Below, piece after piece: positions 21,032 through 32,146 of a DNA stretch of 64,000 bases. The stretch covers positions 544,001 to 608,000 of the forward strand of contig OY759974.1 in the NCBI GenBank assembly GCA_963662945.1. Reading direction: 5' to 3'. A program made the position numbers and the translations under genes. A model generated the notes under the pieces. It did no database searches. It was not told where the DNA came from and was given only the letters and a program-made list of their open reading frames with translations. Position 1 is the stretch's first letter. The number at the start of each line of letters is the position of its first letter. The stretch is from Arcobacteraceae bacterium. GTDB lineage: Bacteria; Campylobacterota; Campylobacteria; Campylobacterales; Arcobacteraceae.

Positions 21032-22277
21032 GATTCTCTCTTAATGCCTCATCATCTTTATTTGATTGCCCTATTCCAGCACCATCATATCCTAACTCTT
21101 TAAGTCTTTCAACTAATGGAGGATGAGAATAAAAGAAAAATATATACAAAGGATGTGACAGAGGAAATGATTTGTTTTCATTTGCTAATTTCAATAATGC
21201 GTTTACTAAATCTTCTTTTGTAGCCATAGAACTTCCAAACTCATCTGCTGCATATTCATTGTGTCTACTAATTGCAGAAATTAATGGCATTAAGAAAAAT
21301 GATAAGATAGGACTAAACATCAAAAATAATAGGATAATAGCGTATGGTTCATTATTTAAGTGTAATTGCAAAAATAATTCCTCTGGTAAATTTCCAAATA
21401 AAGCAAAAAATACAAACATCACAAACCCCATAATCCCTATATTTTTTAAGATATCTCCATTTTTAAAGTGTCCAAGTTCATGTCCTAACACTGCTAATAA
21501 TTCATTGTGACTTAACTTTTCAACTAATGTATCAAAAAGTACTACCCTTTTTGTACTTCCTAATCCTCCAAAATAAGCATTTAAACGATTATCTCTTTTA
21601 CTTGCATCTACACTAAAAACACCACTACTTTTAAAACCAACTTGGTTTAAAAGTGCATTGATTTTTCCTTCTAATTCTTTATCCTCTAAAGGACTAAATT
21701 TATCAAACATTTTATCTCGAATAACTGGATACAACATATTGATTAAAATAATGACTGCAAAAATAAACACAAACCCATAAATCCACCATGATGGAAAAGA
21801 TTGAATAATCATACTTAATGCAGCTATCACTAAACTTCCAAAAATCAAAAATAATATTGCAGTTTTGATGGTATCTTTTATATATAAAGCTGGTGTCATA
21901 TTTGAAAAACCATATTTTTTATCAAGTTTAAATGTTTTGTATAATTCAAATGGCAATCCTAAAATCCAATTTATGATAATAAATAAATCTATAAACACAA
22001 CAGCTTTTTGCCACCCTTCAAAACTATTTGTAAACCCATCAAGTGATACAAGTCCAAAACTTATCCACATAAAAAACAATATAAAATCATAAAATGTAGT
22101 AGCCATTGAGAGACGATTGTTCTCTATACTGTATTCACCTGCTACTTTATATTTTGAAGGTGTTAATATCACCGCATCTTGATTTTTAGCTTTTTGTACA
22201 TAATCTACTTGCATAAATAAAGTATATATATTTACTAAAAAATATATACAATATGCTCCTATTGCAAATTCTAACAT
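21018..22277 (-). CDS. M48 (Ste24-like) membrane metallopeptidase
   Basis: NAYFGG, HELGH, EYAAD, SHPPL.ER. Confidence 0.9.
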   Translation of the reverse strand: MLEFAIGAYCIYFLVNIYTLFMQVDYVQKAKNQDAVILTPSKYKVAGEYSIENNRLSMATTFYDFILFFMWISFGLVSLDGFTNSFEGWQKAVVFIDLFIIINWILGLPFELYKTFKLDKKYGFSNMTPALYIKDTIKTAILFLIFGSLVIAALSMIIQSFPSWWIYGFVFIFAVIILINMLYPVIRDKMFDKFSPLEDKELEGKINALLNQVGFKSSGVFSVDASKRDNRLNAYFGGLGSTKRVVLFDTLVEKLSHNELLAVLGHELGHFKNGDILKNIGIMGFVMFVFFALFGNLPEELFLQLHLNNEPYAIILLFLMFSPILSFFLMPLISAISRHNEYAADEFGSSMATKEDLVNALLKLANENKSFPLSHPLYIFFFYSHPPLVERLKELGYDGAGIGQSNKDDEALRENLEDI

Positions 22278-22730
22278 CTAATTTTCCCTTTTTATTTTTT
22301 CAACTATCTCTTGAAATTTTTGAATTTTTTCTTTTTCATCTGTAATATTTATAATTTCATAATTTTCTTCAAATGATTCTTTTTTCCAATTTGCACTTCC
22401 ATATATGGCAAATTTTTTGTCGATTATAGCTAGTTTTATATGTAATTTTCTTTTTGTTTGAACAAGCTTTATATTTTTATGAAACTTTAATTTTGATTTT
22501 TCATAAAGTATAACTACATTAACACCATTTTTACTAGCTTTTTCTAAAGCTTTCTCAAACTTTTTATAATCTATATTATACATCACTATATCAATACTTG
22601 TATGTGCATTTTCTATTAAATCAATAATCTCTTTTTGTACAAATGAAGATTCATCTGGCAAAAAATAAATCTTATCAAAACTAAAAGATGATATGACCAA
22701 TAAACACATTAATAATATTTTTTTAAACAT
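22278..22730 (-). CDS. Secreted phospholipase D/Nuc-like protein (single HKD)
   Basis: Signal peptide; HIKLAIID...GSANW...NYE. Confidence 0.8.
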   Translation of the reverse strand: MFKKILLMCLLVISSFSFDKIYFLPDESSFVQKEIIDLIENAHTSIDIVMYNIDYKKFEKALEKASKNGVNVVILYEKSKLKFHKNIKLVQTKRKLHIKLAIIDKKFAIYGSANWKKESFEENYEIINITDEKEKIQKFQEIVEKIKREN

Positions 22731-23577
22731 TGTCTTTATTTCCTTTGTCAAATAATTTTATAGTATCTATATTATAAAATCCTTGTAATTGTTTATACAC
22801 TTCTGGAAATTCTTGTTGTAGTTGTTTTGGTTTTTCAAAAAACAACTCACTAGAAACTGCAAAAAACTCTGCTTCGTTTATAGCTGCATAATGTCCAAAT
22901 AATTTATACTTTCCTAAAAATCTATTTTTTAATGATTTTGCATTTAGTGTTTTATAAGTGTGAAACATTATATTTGCCCAACTTGTATATTTCATATTGT
23001 CTAATATAGGTACACCATCTGCAACTCCATCTTCAAAATCCAACTCATGGGCAAACTCATGAATAATAACATTATGATTTTTAAAATGATATGCTTCTTT
23101 TTTTGCATGATGCCAAGATACTAAAACAACACCACCGGTACTTTGACCTTCTAATACTGACTTTTCTTGCGTATAAATTCCATCATAACTTTTCACTTCA
23201 TCAATAACGTATTCATAAGGGTACACATAAATTGTACTCAGATTTCCATAACTTTTTTCATCAAGATTTACTATCATCAGACAAGCATAAAAACTAATTA
23301 CAACTTTCATTTCAAAAGTCACCTCATTTTTCATCCCTATCCACTCTTTTTCTTCTATAAAAACCAACATTTTATATTGAAGTTTAAGTTTTGTCTTTTC
23401 ATCTAGTAACCCATAATAAGGTATTTTTTCTAATACTTTTTTATAATGTTCTGGAAAAGGGATATTTTTGAGTCGTTTTAAAAGTAAGATATGATCCATC
23501 CACTTAATACTCTCTACAAATAAAAATAAAGCTAAAATTATTAGTAATATTTGAGCTAAAGCACTAGAATAAATCAA
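22723..23577 (-). CDS. M90 family zinc peptidase (MtfA-like)
   Basis: HNVIIHEFAHELD, YAA.NEAEFFAV.SE.FFEKP. Confidence 0.85.
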   Translation of the reverse strand: MIYSSALAQILLIILALFLFVESIKWMDHILLLKRLKNIPFPEHYKKVLEKIPYYGLLDEKTKLKLQYKMLVFIEEKEWIGMKNEVTFEMKVVISFYACLMIVNLDEKSYGNLSTIYVYPYEYVIDEVKSYDGIYTQEKSVLEGQSTGGVVLVSWHHAKKEAYHFKNHNVIIHEFAHELDFEDGVADGVPILDNMKYTSWANIMFHTYKTLNAKSLKNRFLGKYKLFGHYAAINEAEFFAVSSELFFEKPKQLQQEFPEVYKQLQGFYNIDTIKLFDKGNKDNV

Positions 23578-23589
23578 AATTATCTTTCG

Positions 23590-24297
23590 TTAATGACACT
23601 CTAAAATTGTTCTATCAGGATTGATTAAATAGTCATATCCATTGTAAATAGTATAACTACCATAAAGGATTACTGACACAGCAGCTAGTTTAATCATAAT
23701 ATTTCTAAATTCGCTTTGTTTAAAAAGACCAACAAAGAATCCTAGACTAAATAATGCAGGAATAGTACTTAAACCAAAAATCATCATCACCATAGCACCA
23801 TACAATGGATCAGCAGTACTAGCAGCTGTTATAGCAAAAAAGTATACAAAACCACAAGGAAGAAGCCCATTTAACATTCCAAGTAAAAAGAAACTAAAAA
23901 ATGTTTGACTTTTTAAAAGTGCCTTAAAATTTTCTTGATACCAAGTTGATTTTGAAAATGAGTGTTCTATAAGTGTCAAAAATTTAATTTTTCCTAAAAG
24001 TGAAAGTCCAGTTAAAAGCATAGCTGTACCAGCAACTAACCATAATATCCCATTTGCAGTATTAGAGAATGTAGCAACTCCACCAAGATATCCAAAGATA
24101 GATCCTAATATTGCATATGTTAAAATTCTCCCAAAAGAATATAAAAGATGTGCAACTGATTGTTGTCCTTTACTCCACTGATTTTGTACTTTGGTACTAG
24201 AATATGCTATAACAATCCCACCACACATACCAATACAATGCCCAAAAGAACCTAAGAATGCAATAGTAATAATACTTAGTATATCTACTGTTTCCAC
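23590..24297 (-). CDS. TauE/SafE-like (DsbD_2) membrane protein
   Basis: GHCIGMCGG and GLLPCGFVY motifs. Confidence 0.8.
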   Translation of the reverse strand: METVDILSIITIAFLGSFGHCIGMCGGIVIAYSSTKVQNQWSKGQQSVAHLLYSFGRILTYAILGSIFGYLGGVATFSNTANGILWLVAGTAMLLTGLSLLGKIKFLTLIEHSFSKSTWYQENFKALLKSQTFFSFFLLGMLNGLLPCGFVYFFAITAASTADPLYGAMVMMIFGLSTIPALFSLGFFVGLFKQSEFRNIMIKLAAVSVILYGSYTIYNGYDYLINPDRTILECH

Positions 24298-24806
24298 TAA
24301 TTTTGTCCCTCTAAAAGCATTTTCTTAATCTTTGGATTTCCAAGATGTTCCCCTCGTAGCATATGTAAAGACATAGTTTCAAAATCAATTAAACCATCTT
24401 TTTTATTCTCATAAGCACCAAAACCATAAAACATAGGGGTATCATCTGTTCTACTATACCAAGCAGTTCTTCCATCTATATACCGTTTTGTATCTTTAGT
24501 CATTACCCAAATAATAGCTTCATCTTTAAATACTTTATTAGCAAGCCAATGTACCATTCCTCCATGATCATGAAAAAAATATGTTTTTCCTGATGGAGAA
24601 ATAACTTGTGACGCATAAGTCATATCATCTATCACCATACCACAATCACTATCTTGAAATTTATTTAAAACAATTTTAATAGGCTTCTTTTCAAGGTTAC
24701 CAGTATAAACAACAGTCATATTTTGACGTGTTGACATAGATACAAATAATACTACAATTACGACCACAATTAAAAGTACAGTTATATAAGGAAATATTTT
24801 TTTCAT
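24297..24806 (-). CDS. NosL-like membrane-anchored protein
   Basis: DCGMVI, YFFHDHGGM, TPMFYGF.AY. Confidence 0.65.
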   Translation of the reverse strand: MKKIFPYITVLLIVVVIVVLFVSMSTRQNMTVVYTGNLEKKPIKIVLNKFQDSDCGMVIDDMTYASQVISPSGKTYFFHDHGGMVHWLANKVFKDEAIIWVMTKDTKRYIDGRTAWYSRTDDTPMFYGFGAYENKKDGLIDFETMSLHMLRGEHLGNPKIKKMLLEGQN

Positions 24807-24851
24807 AGGGTATTATATTGTAACAGAGTTAATGTAACGTTAAAACTACTT

Positions 24852-26675
24852 TTAACATTTTGGCAAAATTATTTTAAATTTTGCACCTTTTTGCTGTACA
24901 CCATTATGAGAAAATTCGATATTTTCAACGCTTAATGTACCATTGATTTTTTCTATAATCTGTTTTGACATATATAAACCAATTCCTGTTCCTTGTCCAT
25001 TTGCCTTAGTTGTTATATTTGCATCAAAAATTGTATTTATGATTTCTTCTGGTATTCCTCCCGCATTGTCTGTAACGGTAATTGTCACAGTTGAGTCATT
25101 CTCAAAGAAATTAAAAATAAGTTTTCTATTTTTTATATTATTTTGTATAAATGCATCTTTTGTATTATTGATAAAATTAATAAATACATGTTTGAATTCA
25201 GCTTGAAAAATCTCATATTTCAGATCTTTATCCACATCAACAATAACATCAATATTATTCATATTTAATAAACTTTTATTAATTTGAAGAACTGACTCAA
25301 TAAGCTTTTTAAAGGATACCAATTCTTTTTTCCCATCTGTTCTAAAAAACTTTCTAAATTCATCAACTGTTTCAATCAAATGTCTTATTTGTAAATCAAT
25401 ATCTTTCGCTGTTTTGTCTATTAATTCCTTTGGTACTGTGTCTTTAATCTCATTTTGTAACCTTAAATTACTAGAAGTAAGACTAATGACAGATAAAGGT
25501 TGTTTCCACTGATGAGCAACAGCATCCATTATTCCAGCAATAGATGCTAATTTTGATTTTTCCATCAATAAATGCTCTTTTTGTATATTTTTTTCTACCT
25601 CCTTAGCAACTCTTTCTTCCAAATTTTTATTAATATCTAACAATTCATTTCGTTTATTTTCAAGTTCATTTCCAAGACTATTAAATGACTCAGCTAATAG
25701 ACTTATTTCATCATTTGTTTTTAATTTTATCTTTTTTGTGTAATTACCTTGAGAATATTCTTCTATCTGATTTAAAAGATATTCTAAAGGATTTGTTAAA
25801 CTTTTTGAAAATATAAAAATGATAAAAAATGCAATAAATAAAATAATTACATAAATAAATATATTCATTTGAATATAAGAATTCACTAATTCTTGAAAAT
25901 ACTTATGAGGGTAACTAATTATAATATCACCATAAGGGGTCTTTGTTAAATCATACCAAGACTCTTCTTCCATAAGTTTTGACTGATGCATATTTTGCTT
26001 TTTTACAACTTCTTGCATGCTTAATTTCTTCATGATTTCCGTAACATTTGAAGAACTTGCTATATATCCTTTTTTGTCAATTATTCTTATTCTAAAATCT
26101 TTGTTTAACTCAATATAACTTCTGTGAATAAAGCTATCTATTGGTACAACAGCAAAAAATATCCCAATATCTTCACCAAAATAATTTCTTTTTAGAATAG
26201 AAAGTGCAATAACTGGTCTTTTTAATAAATCACAATATTCAATATCCGATACAAATATTTTATTTGGATTTTCTTTAAATTTTTTCATATTTTGTTCTTT
26301 TTTTTCAAACAAATGAGCTGGTATTGGATATTCCTTGTAACTTATAACAGAATCATCCTTCATAATAAAATAAATATTTGGAAAAACATCACTGTAGTTT
26401 TTAAAAAGTTCTTTAATTAATTTATCTTGTAAATTATAAGCATAAGAGTCAAATTCTCTACTATTAACTATATGATCCAAATTATCAACTTGCGTTTGGA
26501 TATAATGTTTTAATTCTTTATTATAGTAAATACTTAAAAAATGCATTTCATCTTTTATATTTTTATCATAATTGTTTTTTGTCATGTAAATATTTACACT
26601 TATTGCAACTGTAAGTGATAAGATTAATATAGCAGTAACTATTATTAAAATTTTTTTAAAAAGGGTTGTTTTCAT
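24852..26675 (-). CDS. Sensor histidine kinase with HAMP domain
   Basis: DEISLLAESFN HAMP; AHQWKQPL; DNAGGI; GTGIGL. Confidence 0.9.
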   Translation of the reverse strand: MKTTLFKKILIIVTAILILSLTVAISVNIYMTKNNYDKNIKDEMHFLSIYYNKELKHYIQTQVDNLDHIVNSREFDSYAYNLQDKLIKELFKNYSDVFPNIYFIMKDDSVISYKEYPIPAHLFEKKEQNMKKFKENPNKIFVSDIEYCDLLKRPVIALSILKRNYFGEDIGIFFAVVPIDSFIHRSYIELNKDFRIRIIDKKGYIASSSNVTEIMKKLSMQEVVKKQNMHQSKLMEEESWYDLTKTPYGDIIISYPHKYFQELVNSYIQMNIFIYVIILFIAFFIIFIFSKSLTNPLEYLLNQIEEYSQGNYTKKIKLKTNDEISLLAESFNSLGNELENKRNELLDINKNLEERVAKEVEKNIQKEHLLMEKSKLASIAGIMDAVAHQWKQPLSVISLTSSNLRLQNEIKDTVPKELIDKTAKDIDLQIRHLIETVDEFRKFFRTDGKKELVSFKKLIESVLQINKSLLNMNNIDVIVDVDKDLKYEIFQAEFKHVFINFINNTKDAFIQNNIKNRKLIFNFFENDSTVTITVTDNAGGIPEEIINTIFDANITTKANGQGTGIGLYMSKQIIEKINGTLSVENIEFSHNGVQQKGAKFKIILPKC

Positions 26676-26684
26676 TGTTTAATA

Positions 26685-27494
26685 TTATAAATTTGGTAGT
26701 ACTTCATAATCACGCATAATTTGTTTTGCTTCATCTGACTTTAAAAATTCAATAAAATGCTTTGCTATTTCATTTAACTTCCCTTTATAAACCAAACCTA
26801 AAGGAGTAACTAAATTATATTTATTCATTTTAATATTCTCTAGAGTTGGTAATATACCATTATATTGAACAATGTGAAGATTAGTATTTTTAACATTTCC
26901 CATAGCTAGATAACCTATAGTATTACGATATTTAGTTAACATTGAAATCGCTTCTTGATTATAAAATGCTGTTGCCCCTACTGTTTTTTGAATATCTTTA
27001 AAACTTGGAATATTTTCTTCTAATATTGTTCTAGATGAATCACCTTGTTCTCTATGTACAATATAAATTTTGCCAATTAAACCAATATTAGGTAATTGCT
27101 CCCAGTGTGTAAGTGTTCCATCAAAAATACCAATAATATCTTTCTCTGAAAGAACATTATTTGTAATCTTGCCATTGATTACAAAAACTATAGGAGAGTA
27201 AGCAAATATTATATTTTTTAAACCTTTTTCTTTTTCTTTCTTTTTTAAAGGTCTTGCCACTCTGGCAAGTTCACAAGCATTAGCAGTAACTTTTTTTATT
27301 CCTCCACTACTTCCTACACTATTTGGAACTATGATAGAAGTATTTGGATATTTTGTTTCATATAATTTCACTAATTCTTGTAAAAGCTCTTGAGAATCTC
27401 CTGTCCCTTCAATAGTTAGTGCTTTAGTCGCTGTTACATGAGATAATAAAAGTGTATTTATAAATAGAAAAACTATTAAATTTTTAAGAAACAT
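26685..27494 (-). CDS. PstS-like periplasmic substrate-binding protein
   Basis: Signal peptide; GSSGGIK, REQGDSSR, IGY. Confidence 0.75.
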   Translation of the reverse strand: MFLKNLIVFLFINTLLLSHVTATKALTIEGTGDSQELLQELVKLYETKYPNTSIIVPNSVGSSGGIKKVTANACELARVARPLKKKEKEKGLKNIIFAYSPIVFVINGKITNNVLSEKDIIGIFDGTLTHWEQLPNIGLIGKIYIVHREQGDSSRTILEENIPSFKDIQKTVGATAFYNQEAISMLTKYRNTIGYLAMGNVKNTNLHIVQYNGILPTLENIKMNKYNLVTPLGLVYKGKLNEIAKHFIEFLKSDEAKQIMRDYEVLPNL

Positions 27495-27684
27495 CTATAA
27501 CCTTTTAATTATTTATATTTTTAAGATTACTTGATTATACCAAAATTACTAATAAGCTTACTTAAACTTCATATATCCATTTTATTATTTTTTTAATTTT
27601 GATACAATTTGTTTCTACTCAAAAAAATTAAGTTTAATTGTAGTTTTTTTGACTATCATCTCATTTTTAAAAAAGGAATTTACT

Positions 27685-27978
27685 ATGAATATAAAAAAAG
27701 AAAAATTTAGAAAAATTGCAAAGATTGAGGGATATTCATTTTTAATACTGTTATTTATTGCTATGCCTTTAAAATATGTGTTTGGCATACTAATTGCTAC
27801 TAAAATTGTTGGGATGATTCATGGTGCTTTATGGTTAGGATACTTATATATGCAATCTGAAGCTTCAAATGAACAAAACTGGAATATCAAATTCAATATC
27901 TTTACATTTTTTATGTCGATAATACCTTTTGGTACATTTTATCTAGATAAAAAACTTCCAAAAGAAGAAACTTTATAG
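27685..27978 (+). CDS. DUF3817-like small membrane protein
   Basis: FR.IA.IEGYSFLILLFIAMPLKY...G.IHG...IPFGTF. Confidence 0.8.
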   Translation: MNIKKEKFRKIAKIEGYSFLILLFIAMPLKYVFGILIATKIVGMIHGALWLGYLYMQSEASNEQNWNIKFNIFTFFMSIIPFGTFYLDKKLPKEETL

Positions 27979-30621
27979 TATTACTACTTGGTTTCTTCCA
28001 TTTCTTTTTGCATCATATAGTGCGTTATCTGCTCTTTTTATAGTAGTCTCTATAGATTCATTTTCTTCATAAATAGTTGCACCAATACTACAAGTAAGTC
28101 TCTCTACGTGTTCAAAATAATGTTTTTCAATTACAACTCTAAAATGCTCCAAAGCTTTTTCTAAACTATAGAACGAATCGACTTTTAAAATTATAACAAA
28201 CTCTTCTCCACCCCATCTTATTAAAGTATCATCAACTCTTGATACACTTTTGATTTTAGTTACTAACTCTTTAAGCACATAATCACCCACATCATGTCCA
28301 AATGTATCATTAACACTCTTAAAATGATCAATATCAAGGATAGCTAAAGCAAAATGACTATTAAATTGTTCAAATTTTTGTATCATTTTTTGATAGTTTT
28401 GTTCAAAATATTCACGATTATACGCATTGGTAAGTTTATCATGAATTGTTTTTTCCTCTAACTCAATATTTATTAACATTGTTTGACTTATATCTGTGAA
28501 ACTAATAATTTGTAAATTTTCCTCAAACTGATTAATAGTTACAGAAAAAGCATGTACTATAAAATCTTGTCCCATTATTGCAACAACTCTTTGTGAATGA
28601 GGTAAAACTTTAATAATGTCTATCCATAATTCATCATCTTTAACCTGTGCTAGACTAAAAAACTTTTCACTATCTATAAATTTTTCACAAATACATTTAT
28701 GTTGAAATTTAAAATCTTTTAAATTTTTAAATCCAAGAAAATCAAAAAATTTCTTATTGGCAAAATCAATCTCTTGACCATCTGTTAAAATTACAATATT
28801 ATCTTGAGTATCAATAAACTTATACAATTTATCGTATGCTTCTTTTTGTAATGTAATATCATTAATCATACCTTCAATATATTGATGATTATTTTTTGTT
28901 ATAATCTCAATAGAATCTTCAACCCAAATGATATTTCCATCCTTAGTAATAATTCTATATTCCAGCTTGATATTTTTTCTATCCTCTTTGATACAATTAA
29001 AAACAGCCTTTTTTATTTTTTTATAATCTTCAGGAACAATAATAGAAGAAAAAGAAAGCACTTTATTTGACTTTAATTCATTTGGTCTGTAATTTGTAAT
29101 TTTTTTAACTGCATCATTCACATACAAAATTGTAAAATTTTCATCTATTTCTCTTCTATAAACTATAGTCGGTATATGTGATACTAAAGATTCAAACTGA
29201 TCTTTAATTTTTTCTATTTTAATCTGATATATTTTTAAATTTGTGATGTCATGTACAGTTCCTAAAGACTGCACTACTTCACCTTCACTATTGAAAGTAT
29301 GATGACACTTTTCCTCTACATATTTTATCTCATTTTTTTGAGTCACAATTCTGTGTTCTATTTGATAAGATGTTTTATTTTTTACAGAATCTTGATACGC
29401 TTTAATCACTTTTTCCCTATCATGGGGATGAACATGTTCTAAAAAACTATCGTAACTTACTTTAAATTTTTTCTTATCAAGTCCAAAAATACGATATACC
29501 TCATCGCTCCAAACTAATTCATTCTCTATCGCATTAAATTCCCAAAAACCTAAATGCCCTATTTTTTGAGCTTCTTTTATAACTTTATCTTTTCGTTCAA
29601 GAATACCTTTTGCAGTATCTAAATGATATACAACATAAATTATAATTGCAGTTAAAACTAATAAAACCACTAAAAAGAATATATAGTGCTGATTGTAGTG
29701 AAAAAAAGCATTATGTTCTTTTACAACTGTTATATAAGCTACTGTTTCATTAAAAACTGCATTTTTAATCGGTAAAAATGTTATAACATAATAATTCCTA
29801 TTATATTGAGAAACAAAATTGAAAATCTCCCCCTTTGCTAATTGAGACTCTATATCATAAGACTCTATATACTTATGAAGTATCTCTTCAATAAGACTAT
29901 TTGAGCCATTTAAAATTGTTTTTTCATGATAGTATCCTTTGGTTGTAGGACATTGTACATAATTATTTTTTTCATTGTCAAAAACTTTTGATTCAACAGT
30001 AGATTTTTTGATTATAAAGTCAATATCTTTTGGCATCTCTTTTCGAAATTCATTAATAATAGTATCCATAGATACAGAAATTTCTACACTTCCTAAAAAT
30101 TCACCTTTATAACTTAGGGGATAAACAAATCGATATCCATTAAATATTCTACCCTCTTCAAATCCTGTTATTGGTTTATGATATTTATTCACATATTCTA
30201 CTGTTGCACGAATGCCTGTTAAATTATCTCCATATTTATTGGGTCTATGAAACCGTAAAAAACTTTCATTATTTTTTAAATGAAAATGAAGTTGTTTGAG
30301 TTTAAATTCCGTTAGATTACTGTTATACATAGCAAGAAGTAAATTATGAAGTTTTTTTCTAATTATATCTTGTTCTTTAGGTGTTGCACCATATACTTGA
30401 GATAACAGTGATTTGACTTCTGGAGTATCTATTTTATTAAGATAAAGAATGCTTGAATGTATTCTAAATGCTTCAACAATTGTATTATAAGATACAGAAA
30501 CTAATACTTGCTCGCCTAAAAGATGTTCTTTTTCTCTATTTTGTATTAAATTACTGACTATTGATACAAATACTGAACCAATTACAATAAAAATAACAGA
30601 ATAAAATAGTTTTTTTTTCAA
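27973..30621 (-). CDS. Diguanylate cyclase with Cache and PAS domains
   Basis: DKLTNAYNR, DIDHFK.VND.FGH..GD, RWGGEEF; PAS HPHDRE. Confidence 0.9.
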   Translation of the reverse strand: MKKKLFYSVIFIVIGSVFVSIVSNLIQNREKEHLLGEQVLVSVSYNTIVEAFRIHSSILYLNKIDTPEVKSLLSQVYGATPKEQDIIRKKLHNLLLAMYNSNLTEFKLKQLHFHLKNNESFLRFHRPNKYGDNLTGIRATVEYVNKYHKPITGFEEGRIFNGYRFVYPLSYKGEFLGSVEISVSMDTIINEFRKEMPKDIDFIIKKSTVESKVFDNEKNNYVQCPTTKGYYHEKTILNGSNSLIEEILHKYIESYDIESQLAKGEIFNFVSQYNRNYYVITFLPIKNAVFNETVAYITVVKEHNAFFHYNQHYIFFLVVLLVLTAIIIYVVYHLDTAKGILERKDKVIKEAQKIGHLGFWEFNAIENELVWSDEVYRIFGLDKKKFKVSYDSFLEHVHPHDREKVIKAYQDSVKNKTSYQIEHRIVTQKNEIKYVEEKCHHTFNSEGEVVQSLGTVHDITNLKIYQIKIEKIKDQFESLVSHIPTIVYRREIDENFTILYVNDAVKKITNYRPNELKSNKVLSFSSIIVPEDYKKIKKAVFNCIKEDRKNIKLEYRIITKDGNIIWVEDSIEIITKNNHQYIEGMINDITLQKEAYDKLYKFIDTQDNIVILTDGQEIDFANKKFFDFLGFKNLKDFKFQHKCICEKFIDSEKFFSLAQVKDDELWIDIIKVLPHSQRVVAIMGQDFIVHAFSVTINQFEENLQIISFTDISQTMLINIELEEKTIHDKLTNAYNREYFEQNYQKMIQKFEQFNSHFALAILDIDHFKSVNDTFGHDVGDYVLKELVTKIKSVSRVDDTLIRWGGEEFVIILKVDSFYSLEKALEHFRVVIEKHYFEHVERLTCSIGATIYEENESIETTIKRADNALYDAKRNGRNQVVIL

Positions 30622-30692
30622 TACTACCTACTGTTCATTAAATTTTCTTATTTTATTATAGCAATTATAAGCCCTTAGGTCTCTTAAAAGTC

Positions 30693-31643
30693 TTAATTAC
30701 TATAGTTTTTGTTACTTATATTCTCAATAAAAACTGTTGCATAACTACTTTTCGGTAATGTGAACTCTAATTCTAAACAATTTTTATCTGCAAGAAATTT
30801 ATTTTTAATATCCTGTGGCTTTATCCATGCGTCTCTTCTATATCCCTTTTCATGAATAAATAAATCGTCATATTGTTCTTCTAAAAGTCTTGCTTTTCCT
30901 TTAGCTCTTACTATATCTCTACCTGGTAAAAGTCCTGTAACAATAGTTCTATCATATAAGTTATATACATCACCTTCTAATTCGATAAGTTTCTTTAAAC
31001 CTTGTTCTTTTGAAAGTTCGACTCTTTTTATTAACCAATCATTAAACAAATAACTTTGATATGCTAGTTTTAAAAACTTATTTAGTTTTTTATCACTTAT
31101 TATCTCTTCACCATACACAACTCTTTTTGTTTTTTCAAAACTACACTCTTGTCCAAATCTTTGAAATCCAAAATAGTTTGGCATACCGTGTTTTTGTATT
31201 TGAGAAATGGTTTGATATATTTTTGGTAACTCTTCTGGTTTTATATCTTTAAGGGTAATTTTAAATCTATTACCACTTAAATCACCAATTTTCAGTTTTT
31301 GGTCATGCTTATAAGTTTGTAATATTTTGACATTTCTACTATTTAAATGTTCTATCTCTCTACTTTTATTCATAGGTATTGAGATATATTGTGTAGTAGT
31401 TGCATTTTTATCTTTTAATCCTGCATATCCTATAAGATGTTCATCAATATCCAATGTGTTAGAGATATAACTTAAAAGTTCCCATGTGGACATTTGCTGT
31501 TTTTTAATTCGTAAAATTAAAAAACTTCCCTTATTTTTAAACTTGATACTTGGTATCTCATCAACAATAAAATCATCCTTATTTTGAGAAAAAGTAAAAC
31601 TGAGTGGTTCGTGGTCTTGTATATATAATCTTTCTGTATTCAT
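30693..31643 (-). CDS. truD: tRNA pseudouridine(13) synthase
   Basis: DFIVDE, GYAGLKDK.ATT.Q, GNRF, PNYFG.QRFG, SYAT. Confidence 0.92.
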   Translation of the reverse strand: MNTERLYIQDHEPLSFTFSQNKDDFIVDEIPSIKFKNKGSFLILRIKKQQMSTWELLSYISNTLDIDEHLIGYAGLKDKNATTTQYISIPMNKSREIEHLNSRNVKILQTYKHDQKLKIGDLSGNRFKITLKDIKPEELPKIYQTISQIQKHGMPNYFGFQRFGQECSFEKTKRVVYGEEIISDKKLNKFLKLAYQSYLFNDWLIKRVELSKEQGLKKLIELEGDVYNLYDRTIVTGLLPGRDIVRAKGKARLLEEQYDDLFIHEKGYRRDAWIKPQDIKNKFLADKNCLELEFTLPKSSYATVFIENISNKNYSN

Positions 31644-31714
31644 TTTTGGATTATACAGTTAATATACTTTTATTCTATGGTATAATTCTAAACTTTTAAA
31701 TAGTAGGGATAAAG

Positions 31715-32137
31715 ATGACTAATAAAAAAATTGTTGGGAAAAGAGAACTTATATCTATTATCGATTTAGAATTGTTTGATTTAGATGCAAAAGTAGATAC
31801 AGGTGCTGATTCAAATGCGTTACATTGTGACCATATTGAAATTGAAGGGGATAAGGTAAGTTTTACACTTCTTGATGAAGTTCATGAAGCTTACCATGGA
31901 AAAAGAATGACTTTTCCAATTTATAAAATAAAAAAAGTAAAAAGTTCAAATGGTCAAGTACAACAAAGACCTGCAATAAAAGTAAGTGTAAATTTTATGG
32001 GAAAACGCTATAAAAGTGTAATCTCACTTACAAATAGAGCAGATATGAAATACCCAATGTTAATAGGAAGAAGATTTTTAAGTGGCAAGTTTCTTGTAGA
32101 TGTGCAAAAAGAGTATTTAAGTAAAGAAGTAAAATAA
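31715..32137 (+). CDS. RimK-associated retropepsin-like protease (RimB-like)
   Basis: AKVDTGA, VKSSNG, R..MKYPMLIGR; directly upstream of rimK. Confidence 0.85.
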   Translation: MTNKKIVGKRELISIIDLELFDLDAKVDTGADSNALHCDHIEIEGDKVSFTLLDEVHEAYHGKRMTFPIYKIKKVKSSNGQVQQRPAIKVSVNFMGKRYKSVISLTNRADMKYPMLIGRRFLSGKFLVDVQKEYLSKEVK

Positions 32138-32146
32138 GGAAAAGAG

